From the NCBI GenBank assembly GCA_937934655.1, contig CALGZB010000070.1:3005-67004 (forward strand): 64,000 nucleotides of DNA. Direction: 5' to 3'. This document shows, in pieces, positions 10,577-20,362 of the stretch. A program made the position numbers and the translations under genes. The stretch comes from an uncultured Acidimicrobiales bacterium. GTDB lineage: Bacteria; Actinomycetota; Acidimicrobiia; Acidimicrobiales; SHLQ01. The notes under the pieces were generated by a model. The model searched no databases, was not told where the DNA came from, and saw nothing but the letters and a program-made list of their open reading frames with translations. Numbering within the stretch: the stretch's first letter is position 1; every line of letters begins with the position of its first letter.

Positions 10577-13558
10577 TCGAAGAACCTCAAATGGTTCGGT
10601 TTGGCTGAACTCGATTCCGGCTGCGTCACCGACGCCGATCGTGCAACGTTCGGTTCCGCAATCGCTGAAGAAGGCTTCGACGGTGAACCCACCCGTTCCA
10701 TCGCTCGTTACCGGCGTGAGAGTGCCGGTGTCGCAACTCTCCGGCGTTTCCGCACCGTCGTCGCACGGCAGGATGAACATGGCGAGGCCAGGGACAAATC
10801 CCTTTCCGGTCACGGTCACCACTGAGTTAGCGGAAATCGGCCCCTCCGTCGTGATGGTGAGAGTACCTGTCCCGGGTTCAACCGGATCTGCGTTCCGATC
10901 AAACACCAGCGAAACTTCGGACTGATTTGGCTCGCCATGGTTCGAGTAATCGGTAATCAGCAAGACACATGACCTGGGCGTCGAAGCACAGTCGAAAGGT
11001 GTCTCGACTTCTTCGGGCCCAATGTTGCGGCGCACCCGAACCGTGACGGTCAGCGAGCCTTCGTCGCGTGTCCCGCCGCCCAGAGCGACGTACACACATG
11101 ACCCTTGTAGAACCTCCCCGTCGAGACGGACACACTGCCGAACGTCCAAGTGATTCGCTCCAGCGAGCGAAACAGTGACGAGCTGCCCGTCAGCCAAACC
11201 CTTCCTTGGATGCACCCGCGGCTTTGCTGGCGGAGGCACCTCGACCTCGGCATCGAAGCGGAGGTTGACCATTCCAATCACCTGATGGCTATTGCGGCGA
11301 AGCAACACCAGACGACACCGACCGGCCGCCTCGGCACAATCGACATCACCCAGATTTCGCCGGACGGCCACTGCGCTCTGGCGAGTATTTGGGTCTTCGT
11401 CCGGGTTCGATACGTTCCGCTGCTGGAGATAGAAGCAGTCGCCCGTATTCCCTTCCTCATCACGCACACACTGCTGCGCCTGGAACCTTCCCCCGGTGTT
11501 TTCTCCGGTTACCACCACGGTTTGCCCGTCGACCAGGCCACGCCGCGGCTTGGCCTCAAAGACTGGTTGTGGATCGCCGGGAACATCAGGGTCAAAGCGC
11601 AATAGCACCCGGCTTGTTTCGCGATGCCCTATGAAGAGTCGAAGCTGACATCGAGTGGTCGCACAGTCGACGCCATTTACGATTCTTCTCGGTGCGACCG
11701 TCCCGCGGGTCACACCATTCGCCTGAACCTGATTCTGTACTTGGAGTCGGAGACACCCATAGTTGGAGGATCGATCGGGGCATTGCTGCAGATTCCAGCC
11801 CTGTCCGACCCGTCCTACCTTGATGGCAACCGGCTCGCGATTCTTCAAATCATTACGTTGCGCCAGACGAAACTTTTCGGTCAGCGGGGATCCTTCGCTC
11901 TCGAAGTTGACCAGCAGTCGCCGCATTGGGCCATCGGTACCAAAGACTCGGAAGTCGCAGGACTTGGGTTCTCGACAGTCAACCTGTTCGGATGCCGTGC
12001 CGACATAACGAACCGGGGTTACCCGCACGGTGAAGCCCTCGAGTCCAATGATCGGAGGGTCCGTACGACTGCGTTGAGCGTCGCCGATCCTTTGGCATCG
12101 ATGATCGAGGTGCGTCATGGCCGACCGCGGACATTGTCCAACCTGCACGTACTGAGCTCGTGAGTTCTTCACGGTGATCGAAACCTGCGTTCCGGCCTGA
12201 AGTCCGTTACGAGACTTGATCTTGACGACGGGTTTTGCGACCACCAACTCTGGGTCGAATTTCAGTATTTGGCTGAGGGCAGTAATGCCTTCCTCAGACT
12301 GCACCGCCAGCACACACTTTGTCTCGATGCAGTCGGTTCGCCGAGATCCATCGTGGTCCTCGATGAAGATCGATCGGCGCACCTGGACGTTGCCAGCGAG
12401 CGAAACCGGACCACCCTCGGACTGGTTTCCGACCGTACCAAGTGGACCGATGGTCGTCGGTGTCGGCGGAGGGCCAGTCGTCGCTGGAGGATCGCCCTGC
12501 GGCGGAAGCGTTGTTGTCGGTTGGTCTCCGCCACCGTCTCCGTCCCCGCCGCCGCTGTAGTCCTGAAGCGACCCGACATACCGACACGTGGAACCGTCGA
12601 CCAAACCATTCGCCGTCAGGCCGCACTGGGTCACGTACGCGTAGGACATCAGGCGTTCGCCCTCCTGCGCAGTGATTGTCAGCGACACGACATCGCCATC
12701 GGCAAGGTTCTTTCGCGGCCGGACTTTTACGGTTGGCCCTGACTCAACCAGAGCCTCGGGGTCAAAGCTGATCGCGACCGCCGATGCCGGACGACCCGAG
12801 CCCTGCACAAACAGCACGCAGTTAGTTTTGGCGCAATCGAGCTGGCCAACGCCATGAACCGTTAGAACCCTCGACACCATGACCTCGGCTCGGAAGGTTC
12901 CATCGAGTTCGGCAGCGTCAGCTATTCCGTGCCTGCATTCGTTTCCGAGATTCGGGCCACACTGATTGATCCAGATGCGTTCGAATGGTTTGAAACCAGC
13001 GCCTTCAACGGTGATGAGTTCACCGTCGATGAGATCGTCCGCAGGCATGGCAGTTGCGGTTGGACGGGGATTCGGCGCCGTAGCTGGGTCGAAGGAAATC
13101 GCCACCGATTCGACAAGTTGGTCACCGAAGTACGGCATCACCGACAACACGCATGCGTCCACTGCGCAGTCACGGACTCCGTCGGCCAAGTCAATCTCGC
13201 GATAGACCGCAGCCGAAACGGAGCGAGGAGCACCGTTGCCGTGCCCGGTTTCAAGGAAGCCAAGCATGGAGGGATCACAATCGTCAGCGGTCGTGGCACT
13301 CGCCAAACACTGACGGACGACATAAACCTGGTACTCGATGGGCACTGAGGCTGACACCTGTACCTGTTGCTCGTCGACAAGGTCGGTGCTGGGCACAACG
13401 GTGAGGGTCGATGCCGTTTGCGCCGACGCCGAACCGGCCGCAGTCCCAAGCACCACGCAACACGCAACGACCAAAAGGCCGACGCCCAACAAAAGAGTGC
13501 AGAACCACGACGTCGAGGCCTGCGAATTCTCACTGACTTCAATCGTTCGGCCGTTCAA
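10574..13558 (-). CDS. Large secreted protein with 8 tandem neocarzinostatin-apoprotein-like domains
   Basis: Signal peptide ending ASA-QT; repeated V.P..xLxDGQxVxV ... QC..C ... R....DC...C.L ... (I/L)xFD units with 4 Cys each; start at TTG 13558 after GGGGA is uncertain. Confidence 0.8.
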   Translation of the reverse strand: MNGRTIEVSENSQASTSWFCTLLLGVGLLVVACCVVLGTAAGSASAQTASTLTVVPSTDLVDEQQVQVSASVPIEYQVYVVRQCLASATTADDCDPSMLGFLETGHGNGAPRSVSAAVYREIDLADGVRDCAVDACVLSVMPYFGDQLVESVAISFDPATAPNPRPTATAMPADDLIDGELITVEGAGFKPFERIWINQCGPNLGNECRHGIADAAELDGTFRAEVMVSRVLTVHGVGQLDCAKTNCVLFVQGSGRPASAVAISFDPEALVESGPTVKVRPRKNLADGDVVSLTITAQEGERLMSYAYVTQCGLTANGLVDGSTCRYVGSLQDYSGGGDGDGGGDQPTTTLPPQGDPPATTGPPPTPTTIGPLGTVGNQSEGGPVSLAGNVQVRRSIFIEDHDGSRRTDCIETKCVLAVQSEEGITALSQILKFDPELVVAKPVVKIKSRNGLQAGTQVSITVKNSRAQYVQVGQCPRSAMTHLDHRCQRIGDAQRSRTDPPIIGLEGFTVRVTPVRYVGTASEQVDCREPKSCDFRVFGTDGPMRRLLVNFESEGSPLTEKFRLAQRNDLKNREPVAIKVGRVGQGWNLQQCPDRSSNYGCLRLQVQNQVQANGVTRGTVAPRRIVNGVDCATTRCQLRLFIGHRETSRVLLRFDPDVPGDPQPVFEAKPRRGLVDGQTVVVTGENTGGRFQAQQCVRDEEGNTGDCFYLQQRNVSNPDEDPNTRQSAVAVRRNLGDVDCAEAAGRCRLVLLRRNSHQVIGMVNLRFDAEVEVPPPAKPRVHPRKGLADGQLVTVSLAGANHLDVRQCVRLDGEVLQGSCVYVALGGGTRDEGSLTVTVRVRRNIGPEEVETPFDCASTPRSCVLLITDYSNHGEPNQSEVSLVFDRNADPVEPGTGTLTITTEGPISANSVVTVTGKGFVPGLAMFILPCDDGAETPESCDTGTLTPVTSDGTGGFTVEAFFSDCGTERCTIGVGDAAGIEFSQTEPFEVLR

Positions 13559-13705
13559 AGTGTCATCCCCTATGTCAAAACTGCACATTTTGCGCCTAAG
13601 GCGGAGGGTACAGGATTGTGCCAACGAGGCAAGGGAGACTGGGCGGTTGAACGTCGTTACTGGTCAACTTTTCGGGCAGGGGTCAAATCCCGTTGGCGCG
13701 TTTTC

Positions 13706-13872
13706 TGTGAATAACTACGCCGATCTTGTCCACACCTGTGGATGAATTCGGGGAGAACTGTTGAACAATTTTCACGAAATGCACAAACCGTTGCGGATTA
13801 AGGTCGGATTGGACATGGATTCAACGATTGTCCCCAGGTTGGCTGTGGACAACACCCCTTATCTGGGGAGAA
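13706..13872. promoter_or_regulatory. DnaA-box cluster
   Basis: TTATTCACA (rc 13706-13714), TTGTCCACA 13726-13734, TCATCCACA (rc 13737-13745), TTGTCCCCA 13828-13836, TTGTCCACA (rc 13844-13852), plus degenerate TTCTCCCC(A/G) at rc 13749 and rc 13864. Confidence 0.65.
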
Positions 13873-13896
13873 ACATTTTTTGGCGGTCGGCGATAT

Positions 13897-14868
13897 TTAC
13901 CGGCAGGTGGAGATCGAAAGGGCGTAGTCGCCAGCCGTGTCAGTCCACCAATCGAGCAAATCAAGACCAACGTCGGCGAGTTCATCAGCTACCCGGTCTC
14001 GGGTGAACTTGGCACTGATCTCGGTTCGCATCTCTTCGCCCGCTGCGAAGGACACATCAAGGTCGAGATCGGCGATGTGGACCGTCTGGTCAACCAGGCT
14101 GCGAAGGCGCATCTCAATCCAGGCGTTCTCCTCATCGAACACCGCGACATGCTCGAAGGTGTCAGGATCGAAGTTTGCATCGAGGTGTTTGTTGACCACA
14201 CTCAAGACGTTCTTGTTGAACTCTGCCGTCACACCTTGACTGTCGTCGTAGGCGGCAACCAGCCGGCCCGAGTCCTTTACCAAGTCCGTACCGAGCACAA
14301 AGCTGTCGCCCGGGTTGAGTGTTGCAACAACCTGCTCGAGGAAGTCACGGCGCTGCGCCGGCGCGAAGTTGCCGATAGTTCCGCCGAGGAAGACGATGAC
14401 CCGGCGGCCTCCAGAAGGAAGAGTGCCGAGGTGCCGTTCGAAATCCCCAACCACCCCATGAATCCGAAGGTCGGGATAGTCCTCGCCAATCACCTTCGCC
14501 GCGTCGATCAGCGTCTGTTCGGAGACATCGAAGGGAACAAACCGAACAAGCTGCCCCGTCGCGGTAAACGCATCGAGCAGGACTCGAGTCTTGTCAGAGG
14601 TCCCCGATCCCAGCTCGATCAGCGTGTCAGCAGCGGAGAGCGCGGCGATCTCGCCGGCTCGAGCGTGCAGAATCTGGCGCTCAGCCTCAGTCGGATAGTA
14701 CTCGGGGAGGCGCGTGATCTGATCGAAAAGGTCGCTGCCACGATCGTCGTAGAACCATTTCGGCGGCAGCGTCTTTGGCGACGAGGTCAAACCTTCCAGA
14801 ACGTCGTTGCGGAGTTGTGGCGCCCACTCATCGGCATCGAGATGGATATCAAGTTCTGGCTCTGGCAT
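13897..14868 (-). CDS. egtD: L-histidine N-alpha-trimethyltransferase EgtD
   Basis: LPPKWFYDDRGSDLFDQITRLPEYYPT, ELGSGTSDKT, FLGGTIGN, AYDDSQGVTAEFNKN, EEMRTEISAKF. Confidence 0.92.
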   Translation of the reverse strand: MPEPELDIHLDADEWAPQLRNDVLEGLTSSPKTLPPKWFYDDRGSDLFDQITRLPEYYPTEAERQILHARAGEIAALSAADTLIELGSGTSDKTRVLLDAFTATGQLVRFVPFDVSEQTLIDAAKVIGEDYPDLRIHGVVGDFERHLGTLPSGGRRVIVFLGGTIGNFAPAQRRDFLEQVVATLNPGDSFVLGTDLVKDSGRLVAAYDDSQGVTAEFNKNVLSVVNKHLDANFDPDTFEHVAVFDEENAWIEMRLRSLVDQTVHIADLDLDVSFAAGEEMRTEISAKFTRDRVADELADVGLDLLDWWTDTAGDYALSISTCR

Positions 14869-14929
14869 GGGTCAACTTTCAAGGGAAGAAGTACCCAGTA
14901 TCAACCGTGGAGAACCCGAGGGCATTCCC

Positions 14930-15328
14930 CTACCGGCGTCGGCGTTGGTACAACGTCACTTCTTGACTCAAAGGCACCAGGTCGCGGCGATGTTCGCGAT
15001 GGGCATCCTTTACCGCTTCGTCGGCCGCTACCCGCAAAACAGCGAGCTGTGACTCCAACGTCGCGACCTCGGCTTCGAGTTCGAGAACCCTCTTCACCCC
15101 AGCCAAGTTGAGGCCCATCGAGGTCAGCTCGAGGATCCGTCGAAGAAACTCTATGTCGGCGTCGGAGTACCGACGTCCGCCACCATCGGAGCGAGAGGGC
15201 ACAACAAGGCCTTTGCGCTCATAGATACGCAACGTTTGGGGATGACACCCAGCCAGCTCAGCGGCGACCGAAATCACGTACAGCGCCCGAGTGGAGGCAA
15301 CGGATCGTGCTGGTAGTGGTTCCGCCAT
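14930..15328 (-). CDS. hspR: Heat-shock repressor HspR (MerR family)
   Basis: YVISVAAELAGCHPQTLRIYERKGL..PSRS.GG.RRYS, GLNLAGVKRVLEL; follows dnaJ with 1-nt overlap. Confidence 0.93.
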   Translation of the reverse strand: MAEPLPARSVASTRALYVISVAAELAGCHPQTLRIYERKGLVVPSRSDGGGRRYSDADIEFLRRILELTSMGLNLAGVKRVLELEAEVATLESQLAVLRVAADEAVKDAHREHRRDLVPLSQEVTLYQRRRR

Positions 15329-16482
15329 TAGTCGACCTCGAGATACGCCCGTGGTGAGTTGGTGGTTGCTTTCTGGAGCGCCTCAATAGCATTGCGCTGT
15401 TTGTCGGTGAGCTCGCTCGGAACATCGACGAGCACCTCGACGAGAAGATCGCCGGTGGTCTTTGCCGTTTTGACACCCTGACCTTTGACTCGAAACTTTT
15501 GCCCCGAACCGGTACCGGCCGGGATCTTGATGGTGCGGGTTCCATCGTCGAGTGTCGGCACCGTGATTTTGGCACCCAAGGCCGCCTCGGCGAAGGTGAC
15601 CGGCACGACAAGAGTGAGGTGGTTCCCTTTGCGACCGAAGTGCTCATGACCAGCAACATCGACGATTACGAAGAGGTCTCCAGGTGGTCCGCCATAGGTG
15701 CCAGGCTCGCCGCGCTTGGCGAGCTTGATGCGTTGGCCATTCTTTACGCCGGCCGGGATACGAACCTTGACTTCGCGGGGTCGACGCTCGGAGCCGGTAC
15801 CACGACACGAGCTACACGGATCGGTAATGACCGTGCCGCGGCCGCTACATCCGCCGCATGGCCGACTAAACGAAAAGCCGCCCTGGTCATCGTCGGTAAC
15901 ACCGTTGCCATGGCAGATTCCGCACACACCCGGGGAGGTGCCAGGTTCTGAACCCGAACCCTTGCAGGTCGAGCAGGCGGCATCACTAACCAAGTGAACG
16001 GCTGTGGTGATTCCGCGAACCGCATCGTCGAAGGAAAGGTGCAGAACCGCTTCGAGATCGGCACCCTTACGGGCTGGTGACGGCTGCTGACCGCGACCGA
16101 AGCCAGGCGGTTGGCGTTGGGTCGGGCCGCCACCGCGGCCAAACATTCCGCCGAGAAGGTCGCCAAGGTCGCCGAATCCGCTGGGGTCAAAGTTGAGCCC
16201 ACCAGAACCGGGTCCTTGACCACCGCCGAACCCTCCACCCATTGGGCCAAGGCTTCGAACCTGGTCGTATTCTTTGCGCTTTTCTTCGTCACCGACGACG
16301 TCGTACGCCGCCGAGATTTCCTTGAAGCGTTCTTCAGCCTTCTCGTCGCCCTGGTTCGCGTCGGGGTGATACTTCCGCGACAGCTTTCGGTATTCAGACT
16401 TGATGTCTTTGGATGTTGCATCTTTCGGGACGCCAAGAACCTTGTAGTAGTCCTTGTCCATCCATTCGCGTTGTGCGGTCAT
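15328..16482 (-). CDS. dnaJ: Chaperone DnaJ
   Basis: J domain DYYKVLGV..YHPD, G/F-rich region, four CxxCxGxG repeats. Confidence 0.96.
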   Translation of the reverse strand: MTAQREWMDKDYYKVLGVPKDATSKDIKSEYRKLSRKYHPDANQGDEKAEERFKEISAAYDVVGDEEKRKEYDQVRSLGPMGGGFGGGQGPGSGGLNFDPSGFGDLGDLLGGMFGRGGGPTQRQPPGFGRGQQPSPARKGADLEAVLHLSFDDAVRGITTAVHLVSDAACSTCKGSGSEPGTSPGVCGICHGNGVTDDDQGGFSFSRPCGGCSGRGTVITDPCSSCRGTGSERRPREVKVRIPAGVKNGQRIKLAKRGEPGTYGGPPGDLFVIVDVAGHEHFGRKGNHLTLVVPVTFAEAALGAKITVPTLDDGTRTIKIPAGTGSGQKFRVKGQGVKTAKTTGDLLVEVLVDVPSELTDKQRNAIEALQKATTNSPRAYLEVD

Positions 16483-16547
16483 GTCACCTCCTCAGGAGAC
16501 AGGTGGAGAAATAGTACGGCAGGAAATCAATGCTGGTGTGGAACGCG

Positions 16548-17186
16548 TTAGCCCCGGACCTTGACCATGGCGGCACGCAGGGTACGACCATTGAGGCCGT
16601 ATCCGGCGCGGAGCACCTCGGTCACGATCTGGCCTTCGTCGCCATCGACAGCCGGTTCGGTCATAACCGCTTCGTGCAGGTTTGGATCAAAAGCCTCCCC
16701 GGCAACGCCGAGTCGGGTAAGACCAACCGACACGAGGGTGTCGAGAAGCAGCGTATGAATAGGCACGACATCGGTGGAGCCCTGAGCGAGTGCACCATCG
16801 CAAGCATCGAGTACCGGCAGGAGTCTTTCGACGGTGCCAGCAGCGGCGAAGGAGGCGAGCTCCTGTTGCCGCTTTTCGGTTTGTTTGCGAAAGTTCGAGA
16901 ACTCGGCGGCGACCCGTTGGTACTGGTCGCGTTCGCCGGTGACTCGTTCGAGGTCGGCGATGAGGGTCTCGACGGTGAGCTCGGGAACCGGCTCGCCATC
17001 GAGAATCGCCGCGAGGTCCTCGTCGGTAATCGACTCCGAGCCACCAGCGATATCGGCTTCGGGGTGTGCCCCCATCGCTTCATCGCTGGTGATCGGATCA
17101 GCCGGAACCGCTGCAGCCTCGGCTGCTGGGTCTTGGGGTGCCTGGTTGGCTGGGTCGCCAGCCGGCACATCGTCGGTGTTGGACAT
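16548..17186 (-). CDS. grpE: Nucleotide exchange factor GrpE
   Basis: AEFSNFRK, LLPVLD, FDPNLHEAV, GY....RTLRAAMVKV; lies between dnaK and dnaJ. Confidence 0.93.
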   Translation of the reverse strand: MSNTDDVPAGDPANQAPQDPAAEAAAVPADPITSDEAMGAHPEADIAGGSESITDEDLAAILDGEPVPELTVETLIADLERVTGERDQYQRVAAEFSNFRKQTEKRQQELASFAAAGTVERLLPVLDACDGALAQGSTDVVPIHTLLLDTLVSVGLTRLGVAGEAFDPNLHEAVMTEPAVDGDEGQIVTEVLRAGYGLNGRTLRAAMVKVRG

Positions 17187-17192
17187 CGAGGA

Positions 17193-19043
17193 TCAGGCCT
17201 CGTCCGATTCGGCATCGTCTTCGTCTTCGACGATTTCGGCGTCGACTACTTCGTCGTCGTCAGGAGCTTCGGCATCATCGGTTGGTGCCGATGCGGCGGC
17301 TTCTTGCGATGCCGCTTCGTACAGCTTGGCGCTGACGGCCTGGACCTTTTCGGACACCGATTCGGTGTTGGTCTTAATGGCTTCGATGTCTTCGCCGCCA
17401 ATGGCATTCTTGAGGCCAGCAAGGGCGTCTTCGATACCTGAAGTCTCGTCGGCGTCGAGCTTGTCGCCCTGGTCCTTGAGAAGTTTCTCGGTGGAGTAGA
17501 CGAGCGTGTCGGCACCGTTACGCACCTCGGCTTCGTCACGACGCTTCTTGTCTTCCTCGGCGTGAGCTTCGGCGTCCTTCACCATCTGGTCGATGGAGTC
17601 TTTATCCATCGACGACTGACCGGTGATGGTCATCGACTGCTCTTTGTTGGTTGCCCGGTCCTTGGCCGACACATGCACGATGCCGTTGGCATCGATGTCG
17701 AAGGTGACCTCAATCTGGGGCATGCCACGCTGAGCTGGTGGAAGGTCGACCAGCTGGAATTTGCCGAGGGTCTTGTTGTACTGCGACATCTCGCGTTCGC
17801 CCTGGAGCACGTGGATCTCTACCGACGGCTGGTTGTCTTCAGCCGTGGTGAAGGTCTCGGTGCGTCGGGTGGGGATCGTGGTGTTGCGTTCGATGAGCTT
17901 GGTCATGACGCCGCCCTTGGTTTCGATACCAAGCGACAATGGCGTGACATCGAGAAGGAGGACGTCTTTGACATCTCCCTTGAGTACGCCAGCCTGAACC
18001 GATGCGCCGATGGCCACGACTTCGTCGGGGTTCACGGTCTTGTTGGGCTCTTTGCCGGTCATCTCGAGGACGAGTTCGGTTACCGCAGGCATGCGAGTGG
18101 AGCCACCGACGAGGATGACGTGGTCAAGCTCGCCCTTGGTGAGTCCGGCATCCTTGATGGCCTGCTCGAATGGCGTCTTGCAACGCTTGAGAAGCTCGGA
18201 GGTGAGTTCCTCAAACTTTGCGCGAGTGAGGTTGTAGTCAAGGTGAAGCGGACCAGCGTCGGTCGCGGTGATGAACGGAAGGTTCACCTGCGTTGCCTGG
18301 GTCTGCGACAGCTCGATCTTTGCCTTCTCGGCAGCTTCCTTGAGACGCTGCACGGCCATGTTGTCGGCCTTGAGGTCGACACCGTGGTCGCCCTTGAAGG
18401 ACTCGGCGAGCCAGTCGATGACCGCATCGTCCCAGTCGTCGCCGCCAAGGCTGGTATCGCCATGGGTGCTCTTTACTTCGAACACGCCGTCGCCGATTTC
18501 GAGAACCGAGACGTCGAAGGTTCCGCCACCGAGGTCGAAGACGAGGATCGTCTGATCGGCGCCGTCGTTCTCGAGGCCGTAAGCCAATGCGGCTGCGGTG
18601 GGCTCGTTGATGATGCGCAGTACTTCGAGGCCAGCGACGGTGCCAGCTTCCTGAGTGGCGGTGCGCTGAGCATCGTCGAAGTAGGCGGGAACGGTGATGA
18701 CCGCCTGGGTGACGGTGTCGCCCAAGTAAGCCTCGGCGTCACGCTTGAGCTTCATCAGCGTACGAGCGCTGATCTCTTGGGAGTTGTAGGCCTTGCCATC
18801 GATATCGATGGACCAGTTGGTTCCCATGTGGCGCTTGACCGACCGAATGGTGCGGTCGGGGTTGGTGATGGCTTGACGTTTGGCGACTTCGCCAACGAGA
18901 ACTTCGCCGTCTTTGGAGAAGGCGACTACCGACGGGGTAGTGCGTGATCCTTCTGAGTTGGGGATGACGACTGGTTCGCCACCCTGAAGTACCGATACCA
19001 CCGAGTTGGTGGTTCCAAGGTCGATTCCTACAGCCTTGCTCAT
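17193..19043 (-). CDS. dnaK: Chaperone DnaK
   Basis: [50 protein letters not shown], acidic VVDAEIV tail. Confidence 0.98.
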   Translation of the reverse strand: MSKAVGIDLGTTNSVVSVLQGGEPVVIPNSEGSRTTPSVVAFSKDGEVLVGEVAKRQAITNPDRTIRSVKRHMGTNWSIDIDGKAYNSQEISARTLMKLKRDAEAYLGDTVTQAVITVPAYFDDAQRTATQEAGTVAGLEVLRIINEPTAAALAYGLENDGADQTILVFDLGGGTFDVSVLEIGDGVFEVKSTHGDTSLGGDDWDDAVIDWLAESFKGDHGVDLKADNMAVQRLKEAAEKAKIELSQTQATQVNLPFITATDAGPLHLDYNLTRAKFEELTSELLKRCKTPFEQAIKDAGLTKGELDHVILVGGSTRMPAVTELVLEMTGKEPNKTVNPDEVVAIGASVQAGVLKGDVKDVLLLDVTPLSLGIETKGGVMTKLIERNTTIPTRRTETFTTAEDNQPSVEIHVLQGEREMSQYNKTLGKFQLVDLPPAQRGMPQIEVTFDIDANGIVHVSAKDRATNKEQSMTITGQSSMDKDSIDQMVKDAEAHAEEDKKRRDEAEVRNGADTLVYSTEKLLKDQGDKLDADETSGIEDALAGLKNAIGGEDIEAIKTNTESVSEKVQAVSAKLYEAASQEAAASAPTDDAEAPDDDEVVDAEIVEDEDDAESDEA

Positions 19044-19186
19044 AGGTGTTGCTCCTTCTGCAATCCGCCAAAGGCGGAGTTTTGAGATTGATATTCGGGG
19101 GAAAGAATGGTTTGGGGGTGTTGTTTCTTGATTGTAGCCCAGCTATTCGCTGAATTTACCGTCATGTGACGACTGTTATAAACAAA

Positions 19187-19207
19187 GTTGAGTCGACCAT
19201 TGTCAGG
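19187..19207. promoter_or_regulatory. Degenerate HAIR (HspR operator) upstream of dnaK
   Basis: GTTGAGT-N7-TGTCAGG versus consensus CTTGAGT-N7-ACTCAAG (6/7 and 4/7), next to a minus-strand TATAAC at 19175-19180. Confidence 0.45.
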
Positions 19208-19318
19208 TTTAACCACAATAGTATTGGTAGTATTCCTTCTTCCCATTCGAACTGCAAAGAAATCTCTGGCCGCTCGGGAACGCTAGGAATTGTCACCACG
19301 ATCTGAAACACTCCTTTC

Positions 19319-20347
19319 ATGGATCCAACATTCGACGCTGAAGCCAAAGAAGAGGCGCTGCGCGAAGAATCAGAATCGTGGGACACCACCGCACCCGTCG
19401 AAGCCCGAGACGGCGACATCCCAACCGTCGATGTCGGGCCGTACTTCGAGTCGGGCACCGCTACCGACCTACAGGCCGCCGCAGATGCGCTGCGGCATGC
19501 ATCAGAAACCGTTGGCTTTCATCAGCTGGTCGGCCACGGCGTTTCCCAAGCCGCCATCGACGCGATCTTTCACCAAACCCGCCGATTTCATGCGCTGCCG
19601 CTCGCGCTGAAATCAACCATTCGCATGGACCGCGACGACTGGCCGCTCAAGGGCTGCGGCTACCTCCCGGTCGGCGAGCGCAAGCTCCCTCGCCGCGAAA
19701 AAGGGAACGCCAACGAAGCCTTCATCGTCAAAGCCGACCGCGACATCGAGTCCGAGCACAACCAGTGGCTCGCCGATGATGACCTCCCCGGCTTTCGTGC
19801 CGGAGTCGAAGAGTTTGGCACCATCATCACCGCCCTAGCGCTGCGAATCCTGCCCATCTACGCCGCTGCGCTCGACCTGCCCGCCGACTTCTTCGAAGCT
19901 GGCTTCCGCCATCCGTTCTCCCGGCTCCGCCTCTCGCATTATCCGCCGGCCGAACCTCGAACCGGCGACGATGCGTACGGCATCGCCCCGCACGTTGACA
20001 CGACGTTCTTTACGTTGCTCCTCCAAGACGGCCCTGGTCTCACCATCTATAGCCACGAGCGCGATCGTTGGGTGTCGGTTCCGGTTGTCGACGGTGCGTT
20101 CGTTGTGAACTCCGGCGAATTGCTCCGGCAGTGGAGCAATGACCGCTTCCTCAGCACTCGCCACTATGCCCATAACACCAGTGCCCATAACACCAGTGCT
20201 CGCGACCGCTATTCAATCCCGTTCTTCTTCAACGCAACGTCGGACTACCCCATGGAATGTCTGCCCACCTGCCACGGCCCTGACAACCCGGCGAAATACC
20301 CAACGATCAGCTACAACCAAAGCCAAGGCGTCATTCAGGGCGAATAG
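19319..20347 (+). CDS. 2-oxoglutarate/Fe(II) dioxygenase, isopenicillin N synthase family
   Basis: GFHQLVGHGV, LRLSHYP, HVD (HxD), VNSGELLRQWSNDRFLSTRH, RYSIPFF. Confidence 0.88.
   Translation: MDPTFDAEAKEEALREESESWDTTAPVEARDGDIPTVDVGPYFESGTATDLQAAADALRHASETVGFHQLVGHGVSQAAIDAIFHQTRRFHALPLALKSTIRMDRDDWPLKGCGYLPVGERKLPRREKGNANEAFIVKADRDIESEHNQWLADDDLPGFRAGVEEFGTIITALALRILPIYAAALDLPADFFEAGFRHPFSRLRLSHYPPAEPRTGDDAYGIAPHVDTTFFTLLLQDGPGLTIYSHERDRWVSVPVVDGAFVVNSGELLRQWSNDRFLSTRHYAHNTSAHNTSARDRYSIPFFFNATSDYPMECLPTCHGPDNPAKYPTISYNQSQGVIQGE
20167..20196 (+). repeat. Exact 15-bp tandem duplication inside the dioxygenase gene (AHNTS x2)
   Basis: TGCCCATAACACCAG repeated twice. Confidence 0.8.
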
Positions 20348-20362
20348 CCGACCATCTGGTTC

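Noticed and set aside
17562-18947. 461-aa plus-strand ORF opposite dnaK
   Set aside because: Well-known antisense shadow ORF of dnaK caused by codon bias; no independent motifs.
19081-19147. Additional HAIR half-sites (TTTGAGA, CTTGATT) upstream of dnaK
   Set aside because: No matching second half at 7-nt spacing.
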